Positions 37,796 to 49,102 of a DNA stretch of 64,000 nt are shown piece by piece. The stretch is from assembly GCA_031429335.1 (NCBI GenBank), contig JANOZK010000111.1, positions 4,701 through 68,700 of the forward strand, read 5' to 3'. The DNA is from Chitinophagaceae bacterium (GTDB lineage: Bacteria; Bacteroidota; Bacteroidia; Chitinophagales; Chitinophagaceae). Each line of letters begins with the position of its first letter. Within the stretch, counting starts at the first letter, position 1. Made by a program: the position numbers and the translations under genes. The notes beneath the pieces are model-generated. The model searched no databases, was not told the origin of the DNA, and saw nothing but the letters and a program-made list of their open reading frames with translations.

Positions 37796-38548
37796 CTAAA
37801 AATCAATGCCAACCCAGCTACGTTTATTTTTTTCGTATTTGGCAAAATCAAATTTGTACAATTTACCAGGTCTGTGCGAAACATCTTCCTCCATTTCCCC
37901 AACATCAATTAACAATTTCATGGAAGCAAACTTTTTACGAAAATTTCTCCTATCAAGTGTAACCCCTAAAATGGCTTCATATAAATTTTGAAGCTCCCGT
38001 AAAGAAAATTTATCGGGCAATAAATTAAAGCCTAATGGGTGTTCCTGAATACGTTTTTGTAACCAACTGTAGCAGTAGTCTAATATTTCTTTATGATCAA
38101 AAGCCATGTCTTTTAAAGATGATAGGCTATGCCAATGCAACTCGTTGGCATGTATATTTAATTGGTGGTGTTGCATGTTTAATAACGAACAATAGGCAAC
38201 GGTTAAAACCCTTCCACCAGGATGCCTTACTGGGTTTCCAAAAGTTTTTACTTGTTCTAAATAAACATTGTTCATTCCAGTTCTCTCTTTCAAAATTCTG
38301 TAAGCTGCTTCATCTAAGTCCTCATCATCATCTATAGCAAAGTCGCCCAGCAAGCTCCACAAGTTTTGGTAAAGTTCAAAATCGCTTCTAATTAATAAAA
38401 CCTTCAGTTCATTATTATCAAAACCAAAAATTACACAATCAACAGTAATCGGAACCCTAGGGTAAGAACCTACTAATTGAAAGACATCTTTAATTAGGCC
38501 ACCATTTTGTTTCTTTATTTCATCTCTCAGGGCAGTATTTTTCTTCAT
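37796..38548 (-). CDS. NrtR-like transcriptional regulator (degenerate Nudix domain + C-terminal winged helix)
   Basis: The Nudix-box region GDFAIDDDEDLDEAAYRILKERTG lacks the catalytic REUxEE glutamates. The C-terminal ~80 aa (FSLRELQNLYEAILGVTLDRRNFRKKF) fit the NrtR wHTH. Confidence 0.7.
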   Translation of the reverse strand: MKKNTALRDEIKKQNGGLIKDVFQLVGSYPRVPITVDCVIFGFDNNELKVLLIRSDFELYQNLWSLLGDFAIDDDEDLDEAAYRILKERTGMNNVYLEQVKTFGNPVRHPGGRVLTVAYCSLLNMQHHQLNIHANELHWHSLSSLKDMAFDHKEILDYCYSWLQKRIQEHPLGFNLLPDKFSLRELQNLYEAILGVTLDRRNFRKKFASMKLLIDVGEMEEDVSHRPGKLYKFDFAKYEKNKRSWVGIDF

Positions 38549-38654
38549 CTTATTTAAATGGTTGAGCTAATTATTTTAGGTTGTAGGATTATACAATTAC
38601 AACAAATTTATAAAAAATAATGTGTGGTTTTTACATATTGTTATAAAGAAATAA

Positions 38655-40808
<2,154 letters not shown>

Positions 40809-40832
40809 CAACTTCCACAAAAAAAACCGAAA

Positions 40833-42002
40833 ATGACAAACTCCCTATCTGCTCAGTTTCTTCTTAACCCAAACATTACCTTTTTAAATGCTGGCTCATT
40901 TGGTGCTTGTGTAAAACCAGTTTTTGAGAGGCAACAACAGTACCAGCTAGAATTGGAACAAGAGCCTGTTCAATTTATTACAGTAAAAGGTTTACAATAT
41001 TTAAAAGAATCGAGAGAAGCCCTAGGAAAATATATTGGTTGTAATGCAAATGATGTAGTTTATGTAACCAATCCAACGTATGCAGTAAACCTAATTGCTA
41101 AAAGTTTGATTTTAAAAAAAGGGGACGAAATATTAACCACCGATTTAGAATATGGAGCTTGCGATAAAACATGGCAATATTACTGTGATAAGGCAGAAGC
41201 AAAATATATACGCCAACCTATTCAGTTTCCATTAACCACCAAAGAAGACTTTGTAGAACAGTTTTTTAAAGGGCTTAGTTCAAAAACAAGATTAATTTTT
41301 ATTGGTCACATTACCAGTGCTACTGGCTTACGATTACCTATTGAAGAAATTTGTGCCATAGCAAAATTAAAAGGTATCATGACTTTTATTGATGGGGCAC
41401 ATACACCCGGCCAAGTGCCCTTAGACCTTCATACTTTAGAAGCAGATATTTATACAGGCACTTGCCATAAATGGATGGTGACACCAAAGGGTTGTTCCTT
41501 TTTATATGTAAGAAATGAGTTACAACATTTATTCGATCCATTGGTAGTTAGTTGGGGTTACAAAGCTGCATTTCCATCGCACTCCAAATTTTTAGATTAT
41601 CATCAAATGCAAGGTACCAGAGATTTTACAGCATTTTTAACTGTACCAACTGCAATTGATTTTATGGAAAAAAATAATTGGGAATTGGTTACTGAACAAT
41701 GCAGAATATTAACCAAAAAAAATGCTTTAAACATTTGTAGTATTTTACAAGCACAACCACTTTGCCCAATAGATGATACTTTTTTAGCACAACTCTATAG
41801 TACAGAAATTAAAACTACAGAGCCAGAAAAACTCAAATCGGTATTGTATAACAAATACAAGATAGAAATACCAGTAATGCGTCATGGACATAAAGTTTTT
41901 CTGCGTTATTCCATACAAGCATTTAATAAACAAGAAGACCTAGATATTTTGGCCGATGCTTTAAAAAATATTATTGCAACTACCAACTTAATTGAACTTT
42001 AA
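40833..42002 (+). CDS. Class-V aminotransferase-fold PLP enzyme (isopenicillin-N epimerase / cysteine desulfurase-like)
   Basis: FLNAGSFG N-terminus, FIDGAHTPGQ, PLP-lysine context CHKWM. Confidence 0.8.
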   Translation: MTNSLSAQFLLNPNITFLNAGSFGACVKPVFERQQQYQLELEQEPVQFITVKGLQYLKESREALGKYIGCNANDVVYVTNPTYAVNLIAKSLILKKGDEILTTDLEYGACDKTWQYYCDKAEAKYIRQPIQFPLTTKEDFVEQFFKGLSSKTRLIFIGHITSATGLRLPIEEICAIAKLKGIMTFIDGAHTPGQVPLDLHTLEADIYTGTCHKWMVTPKGCSFLYVRNELQHLFDPLVVSWGYKAAFPSHSKFLDYHQMQGTRDFTAFLTVPTAIDFMEKNNWELVTEQCRILTKKNALNICSILQAQPLCPIDDTFLAQLYSTEIKTTEPEKLKSVLYNKYKIEIPVMRHGHKVFLRYSIQAFNKQEDLDILADALKNIIATTNLIEL

Positions 42003-42138
42003 ATTTTTTAACATCAATATAATAAAGGGTATCTAGCTTTCTTTGCTTAGAAAATTTCAATAATAATAACTATATTGAGCAAAACTTACAATAGTTTTTA
42101 CTTTTTATATCTTTACAAACAACCTAAACAAGTACTAC

Positions 42139-42717
42139 ATGTTTAAACATTTAAAAAACGAAGCATGGAAACCCTTTACAGTTAAAGGAGCCAGCAAATC
42201 AGCAAAAAAGTTTGCTGTTAGCAACTTAGGAAGGGTTGCAAACTATAATAAGAACTTAGAAACTGACGGAGTTTTGGTTAAGTTTTCGAGCTCCCAACAG
42301 CCTGCTAAAATTAGCTTAACCGTTAATGGTAAATCTGTAAGATGTATGGTTCATAGAATGGTGGCTCTAAGCTTTCTTAAGCCCAATAATAAATATGAAA
42401 CCAGTGTAATACACATTAACCACGACAAACAAAATAATAAAGCCAGCAATTTAAAATGGGCAAGCCCTAAAGATGTTACAGCTCACAACTACAATAGCGA
42501 GGCCATGCAGAATGCGTTTGTAAAAATGGCCCAAAATTTTATTGATGCGAAAAAAGGAAAAAAATTAAAATTGGCCGAAGTAATTCAAATTAAAAAATTA
42601 TTGGCTAACCCTAAACGTACATTAACTTACCCAAAAATTGCAGAAAAATATGGTGTTAGCGAAAGAGCTATTAGCCGTATTAAAAGTGGTGAAAACTGGG
42701 GTTTAGTTACTGTCTAA
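42139..42717 (+). CDS. Free-standing NUMOD4 + HNH(_3) homing-endonuclease-like protein with a C-terminal HTH
   Basis: EAWKPF...FAVSNLGRVANY (NUMOD4-like); VHRMVALSFL...VIHINHDKQNNKASNLKW (HNH_3-like); IAEKYGVSERAISRIKSGENWG (HTH). Confidence 0.7.
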   Translation: MFKHLKNEAWKPFTVKGASKSAKKFAVSNLGRVANYNKNLETDGVLVKFSSSQQPAKISLTVNGKSVRCMVHRMVALSFLKPNNKYETSVIHINHDKQNNKASNLKWASPKDVTAHNYNSEAMQNAFVKMAQNFIDAKKGKKLKLAEVIQIKKLLANPKRTLTYPKIAEKYGVSERAISRIKSGENWGLVTV

Positions 42718-42796
42718 TTTTCAACAATACTTTACAAAACAACAATTTGCCTAGGTCATTGTTAGTTTAGTATTCAGTCTAAAATAATCAAATAGT

Positions 42797-43222
42797 ATGC
42801 TTAAAGTTATAAAGTATGGTTTTATTGCTGGTGTACTATTGTTTATTGTTAGTTACGGTGGCCTATATTTATCAATTAAATTTTTTCCTGAATTTTTTGT
42901 AGAGTACAACAATCCCTTATTTAATTCAAATGGTAGCCGAGACCTTTTATTTTATACCCATGCTTTTGTAATTAGTTTTTCTTTATCGTGGTTTTGGGAG
43001 AGATTTAAAAGCTTATTCATAGGAAATTTTATTTTAAAAGGATTAGAGTTTGGCCTCATTTATGGCCTTGTTGCTTTGTTGCCTGTAATGTGGATTACCT
43101 TTAGTTCTATGGATATTACCTTAACCATGGTTGCTAGTTGGTTTTTTTATGGCCTTATGCAAGCAGTAATTGCAGGATTGTTTTTTGCCAAAGTAAATCC
43201 GTATAAAGAACCTACTGTATAA
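42797..43222 (+). CDS. Four-TM membrane protein, unknown function
   Basis: 141-aa ORF made almost entirely of hydrophobic helices. Confidence 0.5.
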   Translation: MLKVIKYGFIAGVLLFIVSYGGLYLSIKFFPEFFVEYNNPLFNSNGSRDLLFYTHAFVISFSLSWFWERFKSLFIGNFILKGLEFGLIYGLVALLPVMWITFSSMDITLTMVASWFFYGLMQAVIAGLFFAKVNPYKEPTV

Positions 43223-43832
43223 TAGCTAAATCTAGTTGAAACTCTACATCTAACCGTTCATTGGCTCGTATCATTCCACCTAGTTTTCTTGGAGGCGTTA
43301 AGTTAAAGTCGGAAAAGTTAATGTTTTGAATTCCTTTTAAATGAAAGGTTGTATTGCTACCCGATGTAAAAGTATAATATACTAAAAAACGTTTTTTTAC
43401 ACCCGCCAATTCAATTTCTACCCAACCAAAAATATTGGTTAAGGTTTTTCCAACTTCGGGCAGTTTAGATAAAGAAAGAAAACTAATATACAAATGTGGA
43501 AACTCTTTTTCTTTAAGGGTTTTACGTAAATCGGCAGTCATCATTGCATTTCCGCAATTAAAGGTTTTAATGTCTAATGTCAATTTACCACTTATGGGTA
43601 GTAGTACTTCTTTTGTTGGTTCATTTTTATAAATAGTAATGGTATCGGGTTTGCCATAGTCGGTTATTTTGCAACAAAATTTATTGATGTTGGTTGATCC
43701 ATCTACTTTCAATGTTCCACCTTTTTGCACTACCCACTTAAATAAAATGGGTGATGTATTTTTAAAAGCCATGCATATAACCATGCAAAACATGCATACT
43801 GAAGCAAATACTATGAAAGTAAGTTTATTCAA
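43212..43832 (-). CDS. YceI-like (lipid/polyisoprenoid-binding barrel) domain protein, diverged
   Basis: TTG start and a signal-like N-terminus. LKVDGSTNINKF...MMTADLRKTLKEKEFPHLYISF parallels the YceI-like paralog at 45611-46198. Confidence 0.5.
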   Translation of the reverse strand: MNKLTFIVFASVCMFCMVICMAFKNTSPILFKWVVQKGGTLKVDGSTNINKFCCKITDYGKPDTITIYKNEPTKEVLLPISGKLTLDIKTFNCGNAMMTADLRKTLKEKEFPHLYISFLSLSKLPEVGKTLTNIFGWVEIELAGVKKRFLVYYTFTSGSNTTFHLKGIQNINFSDFNLTPPRKLGGMIRANERLDVEFQLDLAIIQ

Positions 43833-44172
43833 TGAAATGTTTTAAGTACTGAACAATAAATATAAGTATAAACAGGAATGAATTTTTCTTAAAAAAGCAC
43901 ATGGTTGTTTATTGGATAAAGACTGTTTAGAGCCCTTCAACGCTGAGATTCAACTTTTTTTCATGCTTCTGTGACAAAATTTTTCTTGGTTCGGTTCAGC
44001 CCGACTTCGTCTTTCCGACCCTGAGTTTATGTTACCATGCAGCAAAAGAGCACACAAAGTTTCACAGAGAAGTGTTGAAGTAAAAACCACGACGACTCAA
44101 AAGCAAAAAGTAACACAACGAAATAACTACTTGAAACTTCTTTTCTCTGTTGCTCTGTGTTGAAACTTTTTT

Positions 44173-44216
44173 ACAAAACAAAACAGTCAGAATGAGTTAA
44201 ATTCATTCTGACTGTT
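44173..44216 (-). terminator. Rho-independent terminator of the porin gene
   Basis: 14-bp stem aacagtcagaatga/tcattctgactgtt, followed on the minus strand by TTTTGTTTTGT. Confidence 0.75.
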
Positions 44217-44252
44217 GAAACAAAGAATCTGTAGAGAACTATTATCACTCAG

Positions 44253-45575
44253 CTAAAAACCAACTACTGCTTCTATTACATAACCATTAAACTTACCCCC
44301 ATTGCGAAAATCGCTAACTAAGAATTTGTTGTATTGTTGAGTTACGTATTCGGCTTTCAATAAAACATTTTTTGTAATGAACCAACCACCTGCAAATGCT
44401 AAACGGTTAATAGTTACATCTTCTGTATATCCTGCCAATCTTGCACCTACAGTATTATATCTTAAACCTAAAAACACATCTTCTGATTTACCAAAACGAT
44501 AAATAAGATCTCCTGCGATTTGGTTCATTTTTCTTTCATCTACTTCTGTTTTGCTTCTTCCTTTAGCAGTTTCGTAAGTAGCAAATACTTCTAAACCACC
44601 AGCTTTTACAAAACCATTTAACATGAATGCATTTATTTTTTTAGAAAAGCCTGGGTTAAAACGACCAGAGGCAAAAATAGACGTAGAGGCAGGTAATGCA
44701 CCAGGAACACCTTTTTCCATAATGTTTTGATAGTTAGAACCTGTTCTATCTCCACTATATAATGTTAAACCACTACCAGCAGAACTGTTGTTATAATAAA
44801 AGCTACCACTAAAACGTACACGTACATTTTCTAATTGTTTATCGTAGCCGGCTTTTAAAATATAAGAAGGACTTCTTTTCGTGTTGTCATCTTGTGCTGT
44901 TACACTAACACTATCAATATGCCCTTTAATCATACCATTTGTTATAGATAACATACCAAACCAACCATTTTTTTGCAAGAATACTTCACCACCAATTTCT
45001 GTTGCAAAAGCATCTGCAATATATCCTTCCATAAATGGATTTTGTAATGCTTGTCCTCCATCGCTTCTTCTAAAATGTTGGTCGCCATAATTCACTTCAA
45101 AGTGACCAATTTTAATAGTAGCCAATTTCATAAAATCGTCCCAAAATTTTCCTTTGAATGGTACTTTATCAAATTGAATATATCCACCTTTTACCCAAGT
45201 TTCATTGTGGTGACGAGTAGATAAATAACTTGTTACATTTAAACGAATACCTGCAGCCAATTGAACATCCATAAATAGATTGGCCTGGGCTGTCATAAAC
45301 CCTGGTTTAATAGGGTACAATCTATTTGCACCAGAACCAGTATTATTAATTGCAGTGTTTTCGTGTGTTAATCCTTGAAACTGTTGTGTAAATCCTGCAC
45401 CCCAACGAACTTTAAGTCCATCGAATTTCACAGAATCGGTTTTACCTGTTTCAAATACATTAATACCACTTTGATCGTAGGCTCTCCAGTTAGAAATTTG
45501 AGGTTGTTGAGCCATAGCTGCTACTGGCAGTATTGCGGCAGCAATTACAACCGCTTTTTGAAATATTGTTTTCAT
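44253..45575 (-). CDS. Outer-membrane porin-like beta-barrel protein
   Basis: Signal peptide ...AAMAQQ; 440 aa of alternating strands; C-terminal ...YVIEAVVGF. Confidence 0.65.
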   Translation of the reverse strand: MKTIFQKAVVIAAAILPVAAMAQQPQISNWRAYDQSGINVFETGKTDSVKFDGLKVRWGAGFTQQFQGLTHENTAINNTGSGANRLYPIKPGFMTAQANLFMDVQLAAGIRLNVTSYLSTRHHNETWVKGGYIQFDKVPFKGKFWDDFMKLATIKIGHFEVNYGDQHFRRSDGGQALQNPFMEGYIADAFATEIGGEVFLQKNGWFGMLSITNGMIKGHIDSVSVTAQDDNTKRSPSYILKAGYDKQLENVRVRFSGSFYYNNSSAGSGLTLYSGDRTGSNYQNIMEKGVPGALPASTSIFASGRFNPGFSKKINAFMLNGFVKAGGLEVFATYETAKGRSKTEVDERKMNQIAGDLIYRFGKSEDVFLGLRYNTVGARLAGYTEDVTINRLAFAGGWFITKNVLLKAEYVTQQYNKFLVSDFRNGGKFNGYVIEAVVGF

Positions 45576-45610
45576 GTTTTTTTATTTATTTGTTAGTAAT
45601 TGGTTTTTAT

Positions 45611-46198
45611 TTATTTCATTAATAAGCTAAAGTCTAAAACAATGTCGTTACCCGTTTTTATGGCACCCATCATAAATGTAGGAGGCTTAACACCGTAATC
45701 TTTCATGCTAATTTTTTTGCTGCCTGTTACAGAAATAGATTTATCGGCATTTGCTTTACAATCTGCTTCTAAATCAGTTTCTACTACACCACCACCAATA
45801 GATAATTTACCTCTACACTTTACTGTAAACAAACCTCCAGGCCTTGATGTAATGATTGCCGTACCTGGTGTTAATGCAAAAGTGATGTTAGGGAATTTGT
45901 CTTTATTTAATGCTTTGTAAGCATTTTTATCCATTGCACCTTTACCACTTTTTAAATTATCTACAGGGGTAGAAAAATAAATAGCATTTAATCCAGTAAT
46001 TTGATTGGCAGCATTAACTACAAATGATGCGTTGCAAATAGCTGTGCTAGATTTCATATCCCAATCATGCAAAGTGGATGTACCGCTAATTTTAATGGTA
46101 GGCGTGCCTTTTAAAGCATAATTCATTTGAGCTTGTAAGAAGCTGTTGCTCAGAATTACCATCAAAAAAATTAGTATTGTATGAGTTAACTTTTTCAT
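45611..46198 (-). CDS. YceI-family protein
   Basis: Signal peptide; ISGTSTLHDWDMKS ... LKSGKGAMDKNAYKALNKDKFPNITF typical of the YceI fold. Confidence 0.7.
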   Translation of the reverse strand: MKKLTHTILIFLMVILSNSFLQAQMNYALKGTPTIKISGTSTLHDWDMKSSTAICNASFVVNAANQITGLNAIYFSTPVDNLKSGKGAMDKNAYKALNKDKFPNITFALTPGTAIITSRPGGLFTVKCRGKLSIGGGVVETDLEADCKANADKSISVTGSKKISMKDYGVKPPTFMMGAIKTGNDIVLDFSLLMK

Positions 46199-46456
46199 AG
46201 TATTTATTGTTATTTGTGTAATTATTATTGTTTATTTGATGATGTAAAATTGCATAGACCTTATGAAAGCACATTTGATGAACATCAGCGGAGAAACTGA
46301 TTTTTATCATTTTTTTATAGCAATTAACGTTGCTAAGTATGCCTGTAAGAAATTGTACAAACAAATTAACGACCAATAGTAATTATACACCACCAACTAT
46401 GTGAATTATATAAAGAATTGATTTTATTTTGATATAAAATTTTAAATAAACACTTT

Positions 46457-47119
46457 ATGCTTCAACCACTTACCCTTACTTTTTTAAAAAACTTAGCCAA
46501 AAACAATCATAAAGATTGGTTTGAAAAAAATAGAGCCCTTTACGAAGCTGCCAAAGCCGATTATTTAAGTTTTGTTAGTGCTATTTTGAACGAGATGAAA
46601 CTAATTGACCCAACGCTTGAATCATTAGAACCCAAACAATGTGTATTTAGAATAAATAGAGACGTTAGGTTTAGTAAAAATAAAGACCCCTACAAAACCA
46701 ATATGGGCTGTTATTTTAATAAGGGGGGCAAAAAAATACAAAATGCAGGGTACTATTTTCATTGCGAACCAGACCAAGCATTTATAGCTGGTGGTTTATG
46801 GATGCCTATGGGACCAGACTTAAAAAAAGTAAGGCAAGAAATTGATTATAATTTTGATGATTTTAAAAAAATTGTATCCAATAAAAAATTTAAAACGGTT
46901 TTCGGCGATTTAGATAAAAAAGATATTCTACTTCGTAAGCCCAAAGATTATGAAGAAACAAATCCTGCTATTGAGTATTTAAAACTAAAAAGTTTTATTG
47001 CTAATACACCAATTGCAAACAGTGATTTAAGTAGTAAAACCCTTGTAAAAAAAGTAGTCTCTACTTTTGAAACCATGAAGCCTTTAATTGATTTTTTGAA
47101 TAGGGGTTTGGAGGGATAA
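46457..47119 (+). CDS. DUF2461 (TIGR02453) family protein
   Basis: FLKNLAKNNHKDWFEKNRALYE ... FRINRDVRFSKNKDPYKTN ... GGLWMP pattern. Confidence 0.75.
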   Translation: MLQPLTLTFLKNLAKNNHKDWFEKNRALYEAAKADYLSFVSAILNEMKLIDPTLESLEPKQCVFRINRDVRFSKNKDPYKTNMGCYFNKGGKKIQNAGYYFHCEPDQAFIAGGLWMPMGPDLKKVRQEIDYNFDDFKKIVSNKKFKTVFGDLDKKDILLRKPKDYEETNPAIEYLKLKSFIANTPIANSDLSSKTLVKKVVSTFETMKPLIDFLNRGLEG

Positions 47120-47122
47120 ATA

Positions 47123-47875
47123 TTAACCGTTTGGCAGATTCAATATTTCAATATCAATAAGCAACAATTTTGCTTTGTTGCTATAGGCAGCATTATTACT
47201 TTGTGCAACATTTTCCAATAATCGCTTTACCAAATTAGGATTATTGGTTTTTAAATGAGTCATGGCTAAATACCAATTTACTTTTGTAAGGTAGGGCTCT
47301 TTTAAATTTATATTCAACAACCAATTAAAATTGGCAATTGCTTCTGGCAAATTGCTTTTGTGTAAAAAGCTTAAGGCTTTATAATAATGCCCCAATAATA
47401 AAATTTCTTGTTTTTTGATAGAATCGGTTTTTGCAGTTATTTGTATATTGGTTAAATCAATTGTTTCGAAATAACCAAAATCACCAAACTCAAACCCCAT
47501 AGCTGCTTCCTCTAAATACTCAGGTAAAATTTTTGGTACCGTATCTTTAGTAAAATATTTTACGAATAATTCTGCTAATCTAATTGCAGCAATACTATCG
47601 GTATTTTTTATTTTGGTTGCTATTGGTTTGTTGTTATGCTGCTTTGGCTCTTCGGTTATTATTTCTTCTTGTTGATCAGAGACTATACGAGTGGCTCGAT
47701 AAATTTTATATGCAATAAGTGCCAGTGAGGAAATTATTAAAGTAATAGCACCAACAATTACGATTGTTCTGCTATAGTCAATAAAAGTACTAAACCAGTT
47801 TTTTTTTTCGTGTTCCATTAAATTTATTCGGTCATTAAAATTACTAACCACCGTAACAATAGCAATAGTAATCAT
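47123..47875 (-). CDS. Membrane-anchored TPR-like protein (hypothetical; start uncertain)
   Basis: TM helix IVIVGAITLIISSLALIAY followed by a helical repeat region. The track start at 47893 is a TTG; ATG alternatives lie at 47875 and 47818. Confidence 0.45.
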   Translation of the reverse strand: MITIAIVTVVSNFNDRINLMEHEKKNWFSTFIDYSRTIVIVGAITLIISSLALIAYKIYRATRIVSDQQEEIITEEPKQHNNKPIATKIKNTDSIAAIRLAELFVKYFTKDTVPKILPEYLEEAAMGFEFGDFGYFETIDLTNIQITAKTDSIKKQEILLLGHYYKALSFLHKSNLPEAIANFNWLLNINLKEPYLTKVNWYLAMTHLKTNNPNLVKRLLENVAQSNNAAYSNKAKLLLIDIEILNLPNG

Positions 47876-47921
47876 TAAATATCCATCATCCAATTTTGCA
47901 CAATAGTTGCCATCAAGTTCT

Positions 47922-47985
47922 TTCTAAAAAGAAAAAAGCTTGAAGTAATAAATGATTAATAGAACATTCATTTATCACTTCAAGC
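47922..47985 (-). terminator. Long hairpin plus T-tract downstream of asd
   Basis: 18-bp stem (17 pairs) gcttgaagtaataaatga / tcatttatcacttcaagc, then a minus-strand CTTTTTTCTTTTT. Confidence 0.6.
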
Positions 47986-48112
47986 CAAAAGTTGAATTAA
48001 TACCGAAGTGAAATACAAAATAATGCAATCTCTTTTATGTCGGTATAATACCATCTAAGATTTCAACATAGTCCTTTGGCCTATTTATTAAATCAAGATG
48101 GTATAATAGTAT

Positions 48113-49102
48113 TTACAACAAACCTTTACCCACCAAATATTCAGCAATTTGTACTGCATTTGTGGCAGCCCCTTTTCGTAGATTATCGCTTACAATCCAC
48201 ATATTTAGTGTTTTAGGTTGTGTTTCATCTCTTCTCAATCTGCCAACAAAAACTTCGTCTTTTTCATGAGCCCATAAAGGCATTGGGTAAAATTGAGCTT
48301 CATCATTTTGTTGTAACACTACACCTGGGGCATTACTTAACAATGATTTTAGTTCTTCTAAATCGTATTCATTTTCAAACTCTACATTTACACTTTCACT
48401 ATGGCCACCAACAACAGGAATACGAACGGTTGTAGCTGTAACTTTAATACCATCATCTTGCATAATTTTACAGGTTTCTTTCACCATTTTCATTTCCTCT
48501 TTGGTGTAACCATTTTCTAAAAACACATCAATTTGCGGAATAACATTTAAATCAATCTTGTATTTATAAGCCATTGGGCCATCAACACCATTACGTTCAT
48601 TAAACAATTGATCTACTGCAGCTTTACCAGTACCAGTAACACTTTGGTAAGTACTTACTACCACACGTTTAATTTTATATTTAGCATGCAAAGGTTGCAA
48701 TGCCACCACCATTTGAATGGTACTGCAATTTGGATTGGCAATAATTTTATCATCAGCAGTTAATACTTCAGCATTTACTTCAGGTACTACTAATTTTTTG
48801 GTTGGGTCCATACGCCATGCACTACTGTTGTCAATTACAGTTATACCAGCTGCTGCAAATTTTGGAGCCCATTCTAAACTTGAACTTCCACCAGCACTAA
48901 AAATAGCCACAGCAGGTTTAGCATCTATAGCAGACTGCATGCCAACTACTTTGTACTGTTTACCTTTAAACTCTACTTCTTTACCTACACTTCTTTCACT
49001 TGCAACAGGTACTAATTCTGTTACGTTAAAGTTTCTTTCAGCAAGTACTTGCAACATTTTTGTACCTACTAAGCCAGTGGCTCCAACTACGGCTACTTTC
49101 AT
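48113..49102 (-). CDS. asd: Aspartate-semialdehyde dehydrogenase
   Basis: The ATG at 49102 gives MKVAVVGATGLVG. The active-site region IANPNCSTIQ and a C-terminal dimerisation domain are present. The upstream extension in the track is discarded. Confidence 0.93.
   Translation of the reverse strand: MKVAVVGATGLVGTKMLQVLAERNFNVTELVPVASERSVGKEVEFKGKQYKVVGMQSAIDAKPAVAIFSAGGSSSLEWAPKFAAAGITVIDNSSAWRMDPTKKLVVPEVNAEVLTADDKIIANPNCSTIQMVVALQPLHAKYKIKRVVVSTYQSVTGTGKAAVDQLFNERNGVDGPMAYKYKIDLNVIPQIDVFLENGYTKEEMKMVKETCKIMQDDGIKVTATTVRIPVVGGHSESVNVEFENEYDLEELKSLLSNAPGVVLQQNDEAQFYPMPLWAHEKDEVFVGRLRRDETQPKTLNMWIVSDNLRKGAATNAVQIAEYLVGKGLL

Noticed and set aside
37654-37908. 84-aa ORF overlapping the 3' end of the NrtR-like gene and the PUL promoter
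   Set aside because: It overlaps a well-supported gene in another frame and spans the intergenic operator region. Its composition is not protein-like.
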